From contig OX597836.1 of assembly GCA_951406725.2 (NCBI GenBank), forward strand, positions 25,234,001-25,298,000: a stretch of DNA of 64,000 nt, given 5' to 3'. The notes under the pieces were generated by a model. That model searched no databases and was not told the DNA's origin. It was given only the letters and a program-made list of their open reading frames with translations. The position numbers and the translations under genes are program-made. The DNA is from Octopus vulgaris (lineage: Eukaryota). Below are positions 53,420-64,000 of the stretch, in pieces (within the stretch, counting starts at the first letter, position 1; each line of letters starts with the position of its first letter).

Positions 53420-53808
53420 AAATGGAAGCACTCTGTTGGTTACGACGACGAGGGTTCTGGTTGATCCGAATCAACGGAACAGCCTGCTCGTAAAATTAAC
53501 GTGTAAGTGGCTGAGCACTCCACAGACACGTGTACCCTTAACGTAGTTCTCGGGGATATTCAGCGTGACACAAAGAGTGACAAGGCCGGCCCTTTGAAAT
53601 ACAGGTACAACAGAAACAGGAAATAAGAGTGAGAGAAAGTTGTGGTGAAAGAGTACAGCAGGGATCACCACCATCCCCTGCCGGAGCCTCGTGGAGCTTT
53701 AGGTGATTTCGCTCAATAAACACTCACAACGCCCGGTCTGGGAATCGAAACCGTGATCCTATGACTGCGAGTCTGCTGCCCTAACCACTGGGCCATTGCG
53801 CCTCCACT
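53420..53808 (-). mobile_element. tRNA-derived SINE family C
   Basis: Reverse-complement head gtggaggcgcaatggcccagtggttagggcagc...ggtttcgattccc (A and B boxes). Confidence 0.75.
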
Positions 53809-53974
53809 TTGTATAAATATCATTAATTATTACAATAATTATTGTAAATAGTATATTTACTGCAGCTGGTGAGTTTTGTTTATTTAAGTTGTTTAAACAT
53901 GCACTCTCTCCAGTGTGGACATCTTACAGCCTGTTCCTGTGTTGTGTTTATAAGAGTAAATTTAGAAGATACTT

Positions 53975-54371
53975 ATTCTTTTATTTGTTCCAGTCATTTG
54001 ACTGCGGCCATGCTGGAGCACCGCCTTGTTAGTCGAGCAAATCGACCCCAGGACTTATTCTTTGTAAGCCTAGTACTTATTCTATCGGTCTCTCTTGCCG
54101 AACCGCTAAGTGACGGGGACATAAACACACCAGCATCGGTTGTCAAGCAATGCTGGGGGGACAAACGCAGACACACAAACATATACATACATACATATAT
54201 TTATATATATATATGACGGGCTTCTTTCAGTTTCCATCTACCAAATCCACTCACAAGGCTTTGGTTGGCCCGAGGCTATAGTAGAAGACACTTGCCCAAA
54301 GTGCCATGCAGTGGGACTGAACCCGGGACCATGTGGTTGGTAAGCTAGCTACTTACCTCACAGCCACTCCT
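53975..54371 (-). mobile_element. SINE family A
   Basis: Similar to 310-718. Confidence 0.9.
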
Positions 54372-54959
54372 AAAGCAAAATGTAAACAAAACTGCTACAA
54401 TTAATTGTAATATATATAAAAATGCCATGTGTAGAAATTAAAGATAATCAGTTATTTTAATTAGGTCAAGTTAGACCTCCTCCCACAAATATGGTTCTGA
54501 CTATACTATATTTCTTGTCGGCACAAGTCACTAGCTAACCATCAACAAAACTGCACACACACACCCACCCAAAACACACACACTTAAACACACTTAAACA
54601 CACCCTTATGCAAACACAAGCACACACAACCATTCGCACATTTACACATGCACACCAGCGCGCACACACATGAACAAGTACATATACAAATACACACAAG
54701 TACAAGCACAGACACACACACACACATGCATCCACACAAATACGTATAAAGATATTAGCTCGCCTGACGCTGAGCAATTACTGATTCAAACAAAACAACC
54801 TTTCTGACCAGTTTGATGATTGCAATTTGTTAGTCATTTAATTGTCATTAAACATATCTCACATTCCATGTTTGTCAACGTTTCTAATCAGACCTAATTA
54901 TTTAACCATCAAATCCTTTAGTTTTGTTTAGACAATTCCCACTCCTCACAAATTCACCA

Positions 54960-55470
54960 TTAATTGCATAAATCACAAACCATCATTTAACCATCAATTG
55001 TCAAACGCTAACCACCAGTTAACCACCAGTTATCAATCACAACTCATCATTTAACCATCACCAGTTAACCATCAGTTGACAATTGTTAACCACAATGAGT
55101 ATACGTGTGGAGACAGCCAAAAGAAGCATTTGACCCAGACTGCCTTCTTCCAACTGTTAAACATGGAGGAGGATCTGTGATGATCTGGGGTTGGGAGGCT
55201 ACATCTTGGAAATCCGCTGGCTCAATGGTTTCTCTTCATGGCAGAATTAATAGTCAAGACTATTTTAGCCATCGATTGTTAGGCATTAACCACCAGTTAA
55301 CCATCAATTATTAACCACAAGTCACCAGTTAACCATCAGTTGACAATTAATTGTTAACCACAAACCCTCATTTAGCCATCAACTGTTAGGTATTAACCAT
55401 CAGTTTATCATCAATTACCAACCACAAGTCACCAGTTAACCATCAATTGTTAAGCATAAACCATCAATTA
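54960..55470. repeat. Degenerate short-unit tandem repeat (ttaaccatcag/aaccaccagtt) interrupted by a Tc1 fragment
   Basis: Recurring ttaaccatca and aaccaccagtt motifs. Confidence 0.75.
55098..55268 (+). mobile_element. Internal Tc1 transposase fragment
   Basis: Nearly identical to the reverse complement of ~51775-51937 (WRQPKEAFDPDCLLPTVKHGGGSVMIWG). Confidence 0.9.
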
Positions 55471-56061
55471 ATGATAACAGAAAACAGAATGTGGGTAGGA
55501 AAATATCTTTATTCAACAACAACAATATATATATATATATACGCTTATGTATTTGTTTTGCAAAGTTCCTGATGTGAAAAATCATATGTTGAAACAGATG
55601 TTGTTTTTATATTGGGACGGTTGGTTTATTTCCTTGCCAAATAAACACACGCACTGTATACTTGTTATTCCATTTAGCTTTATTAGTGTACTTACTTTAG
55701 TGTCCTCTCTCTGGAAATCTTTTGTCACACACCCTGCGACCTGTATAGTCCAGGGAACTAAACAGGACAGAAAGAGAGACGAGGGATGGAGAGTCTCTGA
55801 AGAGGTCATAGGATGTGTGATGAAAGATTTCCAGACAAAGGAATCTAAAAGAAGAGTAATGATAAAACTGAAGTGAATAACGAGTATTCAGTGCGTGTGT
55901 TTATTTGGTAAAAAAAAAAATAACCGACCCGAAATATAACACTAACAAAATGTTCTTTTTATTGAATTTAAACTTAAAGGACGGTCGTGTAAGACCAATA
56001 TTTCTGATAATTTTTTTCAAAAGAGAAACAAATGGAAAAAGAAAATAACATTAAGAAAAAT

Positions 56062-56088
56062 ATCACCATCATCATCATCATCACAATC

Positions 56089-56120
<32 letters not shown>

Positions 56121-56152
56121 CATCATCACAATCATCATCGTCATCATCATCG

Positions 56153-56190
<38 letters not shown>

Positions 56191-56230
56191 GTCATCATCG
56201 TCATCATCATCATCATTATCATCGTCGTCG
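56062..56230. repeat. (ATC)n microsatellite
   Basis: Long imperfect CAT/CGT tract. Confidence 0.95.
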
Positions 56231-56603
56231 TCTCTTCATTTTTCTTAACTATTTTACTATTTATACTACGACGACGATGACGATAACTATTTCTAACATA
56301 AGCATACAAGGTCTGAAATTTGGGGATAAGGATAAACTCGATAGCCTTAATCCCCCCTGCCCTCCCCTCCCCCACTTCAGTAGGTACTTTTCTTCGATGA
56401 CCCCCCCACCCCCACCCCGCGAAATAATGCTACGGCAAAGTTGAACTCAGCAGGATTTGCGATCAGAGCGGGAAGGGCCAGAACAAATACGGGTGCAAGA
56501 TATTTTTTCCCCCCCGACTCTTTAACGATTTTGTCAGTATCCTGACCTCAACAATAACAACAAAAGCAACGAGCTGATGCTGCTGATGATGACGATGATG
56601 AAC

Positions 56604-56650
<47 letters not shown>

Positions 56651-56653
56651 TAA

Positions 56654-56814
56654 GGCGCAGGAGTGGCTGTGTGGTAAGTAGCTTGCTAACCAACCACATG
56701 GTTCTGGGTTCAATCCACTGCGTGGCATCTTGGGCAAGTGTCTTCTGCTATAGCCCCGGGCCGACCAATGCCTTGTGAGTGGATTTGGTAGACGGAAACT
56801 GAAAGAAGCCTGTC

Positions 56815-56860
<46 letters not shown>

Positions 56861-57093
56861 GTATGTGTGTGTGTGTTTGTGTGTCTGTGTTTGTCCCCTA
56901 GCATTGCTTGACAACCGATGCTGGTGTGTGTTTACGTCCCCGTCACCTAGCGGTTCGGCAAAAGAGACCGATATAATAAGTACTGGGCTTACAAAAAATA
57001 AGTCTCGGGGTCGATTTGCTCGACTAAAGGCGGTGCTCCACCATGGCCGCAGTCAAATGACTGAAACAAGTAAAAGAGTAAAAGAGTAAAGAG
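56654..57093 (+). mobile_element. SINE family A, full length
   Basis: Same head and tail; (gtaaaaga)n tail. Confidence 0.9.
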
Positions 57094-57131
57094 TAATAAT
57101 AATATTAATAATAATAATAATAATAATAATA

Positions 57132-57318
57132 ATCCTTTCTGCTAATGGCACAAGGCCTGAAATTTGGTGGCAGGGGACTAGTCGATTATATCGACCCCAG
57201 TACTAAACTGGTTTTTATTTTATCGACCCCAGAATGATGAAAAGTAAAGTCAACCTCGCCGAAATTTGAACTCAGAATATTTTGTCCGGTGTGCTAACGA
57301 TTCTGTCAGCTCGCCACC

Positions 57319-57352
<34 letters not shown>

Positions 57353-57581
57353 TAATAATAATAATGATGGTTTCTAATTTTTCCACAAGGGAAGTAATTC
57401 TGGGGGAGAGAGATGAGTTGATTTCATCGACCCCAATACTGAACAGGTACTTATTTTATCGAGCCCGAAATGACGAAAGGCATAGTCGGCCTCGGTGGAA
57501 TTTGAACTCAGAACATAAAGACGGACAAAATACCGCTAAGCATATCGCCTGGCGTGCTAATGATTCAGCCAGCTCGCTGCC

Positions 57582-57583
<2 letters not shown>
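57132..57583 (-). mobile_element. Two SINE family B copies in (TAA)n
   Basis: Reverse complement of family B. Confidence 0.85.
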
Positions 57584-57634
<51 letters not shown>

Positions 57635-58040
57635 TCGTTCGTTTATTGGCAACAAATCAATTAAAAAAAAATCAATTAAAACATAAAGGGACAAAACACA
57701 GGATGAAAGCTACAAAGGGTTTTGTCCGTTTGAAAAAGTCCGTGAACAAAAGCAAGATAACAATGAAATATAAATAACAATTAAAAATCCGAATAGAGGG
57801 AGGTGCTTCGAAAGGTTACTCGTGGAAAAACCTATAAAAGCCACGGGAGCCTGGTCAAAAGCGGGGTAGAGAGCCCCTTTCTCCTTTTATATTTCCTTTT
57901 AATTTTTCACAGGTGTATCCTCAGAATTGGTCCGTTCATACTGACCATTCTTGCGACATTCACCCACCTTTCAATAAACTTGCTACCAGACAGCACTTCC
58001 CTCTCTACTCTCATCTTCCTTTTTTCAAGTGAAACTTGAA
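57635..58040 (-). mobile_element. Probable Tx1/L1-like LINE 3' end
   Basis: MRVEREVLSGSKFIERWVNVARM...* followed by a short UTR with AATAAA and an (ATT)n tail. Confidence 0.5.
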
Positions 58041-58044
58041 AAAA

Positions 58045-58560
58045 TGGTATGGACTTGACAGAGCAAAAAATTGGTACAACCACAAGCCTGAAGGCATCAT
58101 CGAAAATAGAAATGCAAAGATCCTATGAGATTTTGTGAATCAGTGGACCATGGGATAGAGAATAGGAAGCCAGACATAGTCTTAATTGAGAAGAAAGCAA
58201 ACAATGCTGGATCATAGATATAGTATGCCCAGCTGACAAAAAGGTATGCGATAAGGAAGAAAGAAAAGTTGAGAGATATGACAGGTTAGCTTGGGAAGTT
58301 AAACAGTTGTGGTTGATGAAAAAGGTAGCAGTAGTACCAATAATTGCCAGAGTCCTGGGAACTGTGAGTAAAAATCTTGAGAAGTACATGGAACGAATAG
58401 GAGTTGCAATAAGGGTGGAGCACTTGCAGAAAACAGCACTGCTTGGAATCGCTCTAATACTCCGGAAGGTGCTCGAAAAATAAGAGGTGTTACCTTAGTT
58501 CACTGGTAGTGAACAGCTGACACCGTAGTACATCTCCAGTGTTAGAAGCTGTGTAAAGGC
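58045..58560 (+). mobile_element. R4/Dong-like non-LTR retrotransposon 3' end (restriction-like endonuclease)
   Basis: WYNHKPEGIIEN..AKIL*DF, PDIV, IIDIVCP, KVERYDRL, QKTALLG..ILRKVL*; set amid (TAA)n tracts. Confidence 0.85.
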
Positions 58561-58794
58561 AGGGTGGGCTACTCAAAATGAAGAAAATTCTAACTGGGCC
58601 CCACCTGCAAGGTCATGTGCTGTTTATCTTGATATGAGATCACCATGTCGCGCACATATGGTTGTGATGCATGTGCCTGGTGTACCTTTATCAGACGGGT
58701 AGTCATGATGGGTATATTGGGCTTCGTATATTTTACCCCAGTGTCACTTTGATGGCATGAACTGCTCTCTCACTCAATGATAATAATAATAATA

Positions 58795-59024
58795 ATGGTT
58801 TAAAATTTTGGTACAAGGCCAGTAGTTTAGTGGGTAGGAATAAGTCGATTACGTTGATTTCCATCACTCAATTGGTATTTATTTTTTCGGATCCGAAAGG
58901 ATGAAAGGCAAAGTCAACCTCAGCAGAATTTGAACTGAGAACGTAAAGACGGACGAAATTCCGCCAAGCATTTTGTCCGGTGCGCTAACAATTCAGTCAG
59001 CTCACTGCCTCAATAATAATAATG

Positions 59025-59092
<68 letters not shown>

Positions 59093-59696
59093 CCTTTCTA
59101 CTATAGGCAGAAGGCCTGACATTTTGGGGGAGAGGATGAGTCAATTACATCGACCCCAGTGCGTAACTGGTACTCGACTCTGAAAGGATGAAAGGCAAAG
59201 TCGACCCCGGCGGCATTTGAACTCAGAACATAAAGACAGACGAAATACCTATTTCTTTATTACCCACAAGGGGCTAAACACAGAGGGGACAAACAAGGAC
59301 AGACATAGGTATTAAGTCGATTACATCGACCCCAGTGCGTAACTGGTACTTAATTTATCGACCCCGAAAGGATGAAAGGCAAAGTCGACCTCGGCGGAAT
59401 TTAAACTCACAACGTAACGCAGGCGGCATTTGAACTCAGAACATGTAGACAGACGAAATACCTATTTCTTTATTACCCACAAGGGGCTAAACACAGAGGG
59501 GACAAACAAGGACAGACATAGGTATTAAGGCGATTACATCGACCCCAGTGCGTAACTGGTACTTAATTTGTCGACCCCGAAAGGATGAAAGGCAAAGTCG
59601 ACCTCGGCGGAATTTGAACTCAGAAAGTAATGCCAGACGAAATACGGCTGCGCATTTCGCCCGGCGTGCTAACGTTTCTGCCAGCTCGCCGCCTTA
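58795..59696 (-). mobile_element. SINE family B copies, one with a tandemly repeated body
   Basis: cgaccccagtgcgtaactggtac occurs three times. Confidence 0.85.
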
Positions 59697-59729
59697 GTAA
59701 AAACAACAACAGCAACAACAACAACAACA

Positions 59730-59783
<54 letters not shown>

Positions 59784-60057
59784 GCAAAACCTTATGGATA
59801 TTTGCTGGAAACTTTCGACAGCTCTCACCTACAGTTCTCTTTCATACAATCAAAATAAACATCGTTCCTTTTCCTTGTTTATAATAAAATAAAGGCTTAA
59901 GGTGAATTTATGTGCGTTTTTTTTAAATATTTTCTTATCAGGAATGTGTTGTAAGTTAATTCAAAAACCAAGTCTTCGATGTCTCAACAGTGCTAATAAA
60001 TAACAATATATAAAAATAAATTAATCAGAGCATTATTGTTCAGTCTACTCCAATCAT

Positions 60058-60131
60058 GTTAACGTTTCTGTAATGGTCCATTAGTCGTTATTCACCATCA
60101 TACATCATCATACATCATTAGTCTTCAGAGA
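60058..60131 (-). ncRNA. Degenerate hammerhead motif
   Basis: Reverse complement reads CTGAAGA cTAATG...CATTA ca GAAAC GTT. Stem I does not pair. Confidence 0.4.
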
Positions 60132-60405
60132 TACAAACAAAAAAAAAAGAAGATCAATAAGGATAGAGTACAGCAATTCTCAGAGCTTCTTCCATCATTC
60201 GTTTTTCAATTTACGTATCTGAACTGTTATTCTTTTTACCTAACTTATCTATGCTACCTTAGCCATCTGTCGGAGAGTTAAATTGATATCAATATATTTG
60301 ATGTTGGGAGCATTAAAAGGCTAAGTATAAATAATGCAGCAACGAAAAAGAAAACAACATGGAGGTTCTCTTCCTTTTTACATATTACAAGTAGGGGAAA
60401 TAACT

Positions 60406-60445
60406 ATGAACATGTTTCGGTTTCATTAAGACCTCATCATCAAAA
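60406..60445 (-). ncRNA. Degenerate hammerhead motif
   Basis: Reverse complement reads ATGATGA GGT-cttaatgaa-ACC GAAAC AT GTT CA. The first core C is changed to A. Confidence 0.45.
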
Positions 60446-60837
60446 CTGATTCTTCGTTGTACTTGACAAAGTAGTGATAGAACAGTCAATAAGTAAATGT
60501 TGTAGATGGTTTGGTTTAGAAAAATAGAATTTGTATACATCTTTTGAAACCTGGGGATTTACTTGTCGTTAGGTTTTCTCATTTTCTTGAGGAAATAAAG
60601 GTGTTTAGGGCGATGTACTCAGTTTCCATGGAGTACAACTGACCAAAGCTACAGTACTCCACCTAGACGGGTGTTACTCATCTACAGCTGAGTGGGATAC
60701 ATTGACATGAAATGAGGTGTTTGGCTCGAGAGCACAGTGCACCGCCCAGTTCGGGAACTGAAACCATGATGGCAAGATAGTGAGTGCAACACCCTAATCG
60801 CTAGACCCCGTTCCCTTATTTTATTGATATTCTATAT

Positions 60838-61141
60838 CAGTGATTCCCAACGTAGGGCATATGCCCAATCGGTGGGGCCTGGGAAAATTGTGGTGGAGTC
60901 CAATTTTTTTCTTTTTTTAGTGAGGCATGGAATTGTGAAAATCTTTTTTTCCCCTTATTCAATAATGTACTATTTTCTTTTGTACTCACTACTTAATAAA
61001 AGAGTTACCGGTAGATTCTTTTATATTAAATAATTGTGATAGAATATTAAAAATAAAGTTTTTTTCCAACTACTGGTGGGGGCATTCATTTTTCTGAAAA
61101 ATTATATTGGGACCTGATGGAAAATACGTTCGGAAATACTG
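60838..61141. mobile_element. hAT-type MITE
   Basis: TIRs cagtgattcccaac / gttcggaaatactg; target-site duplication ttctatat / ttctacat. Confidence 0.7.
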
Positions 61142-61978
61142 TTCTACATGACAGATCTTTCCGATGGTTACATTAAATTGTCATGGCTAAAGATAGAGTG
61201 GGGTGAAGATCATTGTCTAAATAGAGATGACTTGTTGCACAGATTTAAATTAGAATTGTTACATGTTGTATAGGGCTAAATTAAAAACTTACCACATGTT
61301 ATATATATTTCAGTTAAAGAATTTAATTTAAGCGGCTTTTAATGTGTGGTTTTTAATTTTAAAATTACTGCAAGTATTCAAGAATGCCCACATGCATGGG
61401 TTTAGAGTTAAAGAGTTATTATATATATGGATTTTAGATTAGGTTTATGCCAACATAAACCCTATATAATGCTACCTAAAAGTAAGTAATCGATGGGAAA
61501 GAAACCTGGCTCTGTCTCTCCGTAAATGCAATGGAGCTTGTCATCGTACTTTCACCTGTAGATCATCTTTGTAGGCATATACACTCGATGAAAAATCAAT
61601 AACACTGCACTGAACATCGATATGTGCTCTCTTGGTTGAGACATCCCACCAATCAGTTCGATCAATGCAGTGCGCCCGAAAGAGCAGCGGTTGCATCGGT
61701 CATATTTTATGAAATGCTTAGCATGGGTCGCCGACTTCGAATGGAGGAAGAAACCTGCAGTAGCTGCTGCTTCCAGAATGAAGAATCGGCCACCACATTC
61801 TATATTCTATCACGAACATATAAAGAGACTGAAGCAATTGCAACCTTAAGTGATACTTGTATTTACTCTGTGAAGATATGCAGTGGACCACACGTGGCAG
61901 AGAGAATGTTTGTGGAACATACGTTGGATAAAAAGTGCGGAAGATTAGACAAAGAAATTGATATGGATAAACAGTTGC

Positions 61979-62026
<48 letters not shown>

Positions 62027-62030
<4 letters not shown>

Positions 62031-62257
62031 GAAATGAAGAAAATGCTGACAAAATAATTTAAGTAATTTAAGTAATTTAATTAGGTGAAAATTCTTTTTA
62101 CCGGTTGCGCATTTGTTATGCTTATCAAAAGTTTTTTCCTCTTATCGAAAACTTTTGATAAGCATAACAAATGCGCAACCGGTAAAAAAGAACTTCACCT
62201 AATTAAATTACTTAAATTACTTAAATCATTTTGTCAGCATTTTCTTCATTTCCTTTT
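62027..62257. repeat. Fold-back inverted repeat (~110-bp arms) in (TA)n
   Basis: aaggaaatgaagaaaatgctgacaaaa pairs with ttttgtcagcattttcttcatttcctt. Confidence 0.95.
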
Positions 62258-62291
62258 ATATATCACAACTCGTGTTCCACATCTCCTTTTT

Positions 62292-62342
<51 letters not shown>

Positions 62343-62349
62343 ATACAGG

Positions 62350-62459
62350 TTTGGAGCATATACATTTCAGAACTCTGAGTTTCTCGGCAACAATTTGGTT
62401 ATTTGGTTAATACTCGCTGCTGCCGAGAAACTCAGAGTCCTAGATGTAAGTGTTCAAAT
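62350..62459. repeat. Short fold-back in (TA)n with a hammerhead 3' half
   Basis: actctgagtttctcggca pairs with tgccgagaaactcagagt; contains GAAAC TCAGA GTC. Confidence 0.75.
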
Positions 62460-62536
62460 AAGTCGCCTGTTACAATCTCATAACAGTCAATTTAGTTTAT
62501 CGAAAAATTATATGCTGTATACTTCCAGGAGTGTTG

Positions 62537-62633
<97 letters not shown>

Positions 62634-62807
62634 TTCAGATGAATATGGTACTTAAGTTGTAGCACCAGAATTTAGTACAGTATTATCCATACAATTTCAG
62701 GATTGCTCTGCATTTAAATTGATGTAATGATTGCATTGTTCAATTAAATGGTGTTGCTTGAAACGATTGTACTGTATTACCTCTGGATATCCTTGTTGCT
62801 TATTTTG

Positions 62808-62843
<36 letters not shown>

Positions 62844-63370
62844 ATGTGTGTATGTGTGCGTGTGTGTGTGTGTATGTATGTATGTATGAATGTACGTATA
62901 TATATATATGTATGTATATATGTATGTATATATGTATGTGTATATATGTGTGTGTACGTGTGCATATATGTGTGTGTGATAATATATATTATCATAAATA
63001 GTTGTCTGTAAAATCAAGTGTAAATTCAACCGGAAAATCTTTTCATAAAGTGAGCTTAAAGCAAAGCCTGTTCCATGTTTAAATGAATTATTTACCGTGT
63101 AAGGTGTAGAGTGGTACATCAAATGACGTTAATCTAAGTTAAGCCAGTATTTAATGCCCTGTCATAATTAATGCCAAATAATTTATATATATATGAATGT
63201 GTTCATTGTTTCCGAATGTAAATAGTGGTTAATAGTTGATGCCTTAAGTGTTAGAGTTGGATTTAAAACCAACATTTGTAGAATGATAAATAGATTCACT
63301 AACTACAGTCTATAAAGGTTGTATATGAAAGTCGTCGTCCACAATCGATATTATTGGTTTACAGAACGTT

Positions 63371-63538
63371 TTATAAGCCGCCAATTTTCTCAATCTCTTC
63401 CATCTGCATCTGGGTCTTTTCGTCGTTTTCTTCTTCCTCCATGATGGTGTCGTAGTTGATCTCGTCGGCCACATTCTTGATGTTCCATATGTTAAGTGTA
63501 CCGTCGAAAGATCCCGTGAATAGCTTGTTATCAACTAT
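63371..63538 (-). CDS. Terminal exon of a WD40-repeat protein (possibly WDR86-like)
   Basis: Minus-strand acceptor ttttttttccccgacacag|ATA. IVDNKLFTGSFDGTLNIWNIK is the C-terminal half of a WD40 repeat, followed by an acidic tail and TAA. Confidence 0.85.
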   Translation of the reverse strand: MVDNKLFTGSFDGTLNIWNIKNVADEINYDTIMEEEENDEKTQMQMEEIEKIGGL

Positions 63539-64000
63539 CTGTGTCGGGGAAAAAAAAAACAAGAAATATTATCAATGAAATGTTTGTTGAGGCAAGTATA
63601 CTAAATCTGTTTCGGGCGATGTTTCGTTTGTCGTAGCACACGTTTCCGTCGATTTCCGTAAAAAATGTAAACACTGAATCGGCCATACATACATACATAC
63701 ACACACACATACTTACACACACACACATACATACACACACACATACATAGATACATACACACACACACATACATATACACATACACCGAGTAAAAAATTT
63801 CACTTATCTCTCTCTTTCATACATTACTCTCTCTGTCTCTTCGCACACACTAACAGAAGCACTTCACTTACACAACATACTGTCTGTCTCCCACACCCCA
63901 TCAAACACACACACAGGGACTTCAAAAGAAATTCCCTCGTAATAAAATCGCTTCCTCTTAGTCTCTTTCGCTCTCATTACTTCAAATATTCCCGCAAAGC

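Noticed and set aside
53730-53808. tRNA gene
   Set aside because: A and B boxes continue into a SINE body and no complete acceptor stem is evident; the same holds for the other SINE heads.
55974-56375. Poly-Met and poly-Ile ORFs
   Set aside because: Translation of an (ATC)n microsatellite.
61624-62028. 134-aa ORF
   Set aside because: Ends in (TA)n; only a faint mariner-like PHVA motif; not supportable as a gene.

Overview
AT-rich, microsatellite- and SINE-dense eukaryotic genomic DNA. The repeat families look like those of an octopus (coleoid cephalopod); this is an inference from recalled SINE sequences. The + strand carries the 3' part of a neurabin/spinophilin-like (PPP1R9A/SAMD14-type) gene: seven phase-compatible exons from 10656 to 35124 ending in a SAM domain plus a basic coiled coil, two more tentative exons upstream, and a probable long 3' UTR. 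A convergent WD40-protein gene contributes its last exon on the - strand (63371-63538). The rest is tRNA-derived SINEs, LINE fragments (CR1-like, R4/Dong-like, Tx1-like), Tc1 remnants, hAT-type MITEs and minisatellites. The most notable unannotated signal is about nine fold-back (inverted-repeat) inserts sitting in (TA)n tracts, plus a dozen complete or degenerate minimal type-I hammerhead ribozyme motifs (CTGANGA...GAAAC-n-GTH). These resemble Penelope-like retroelement pLTRs. The ribozyme motifs often lie at the palindrome centres, and several are in sense orientation within introns of the neurabin-like gene. All calls were made by eye; repeat boundaries are approximate.
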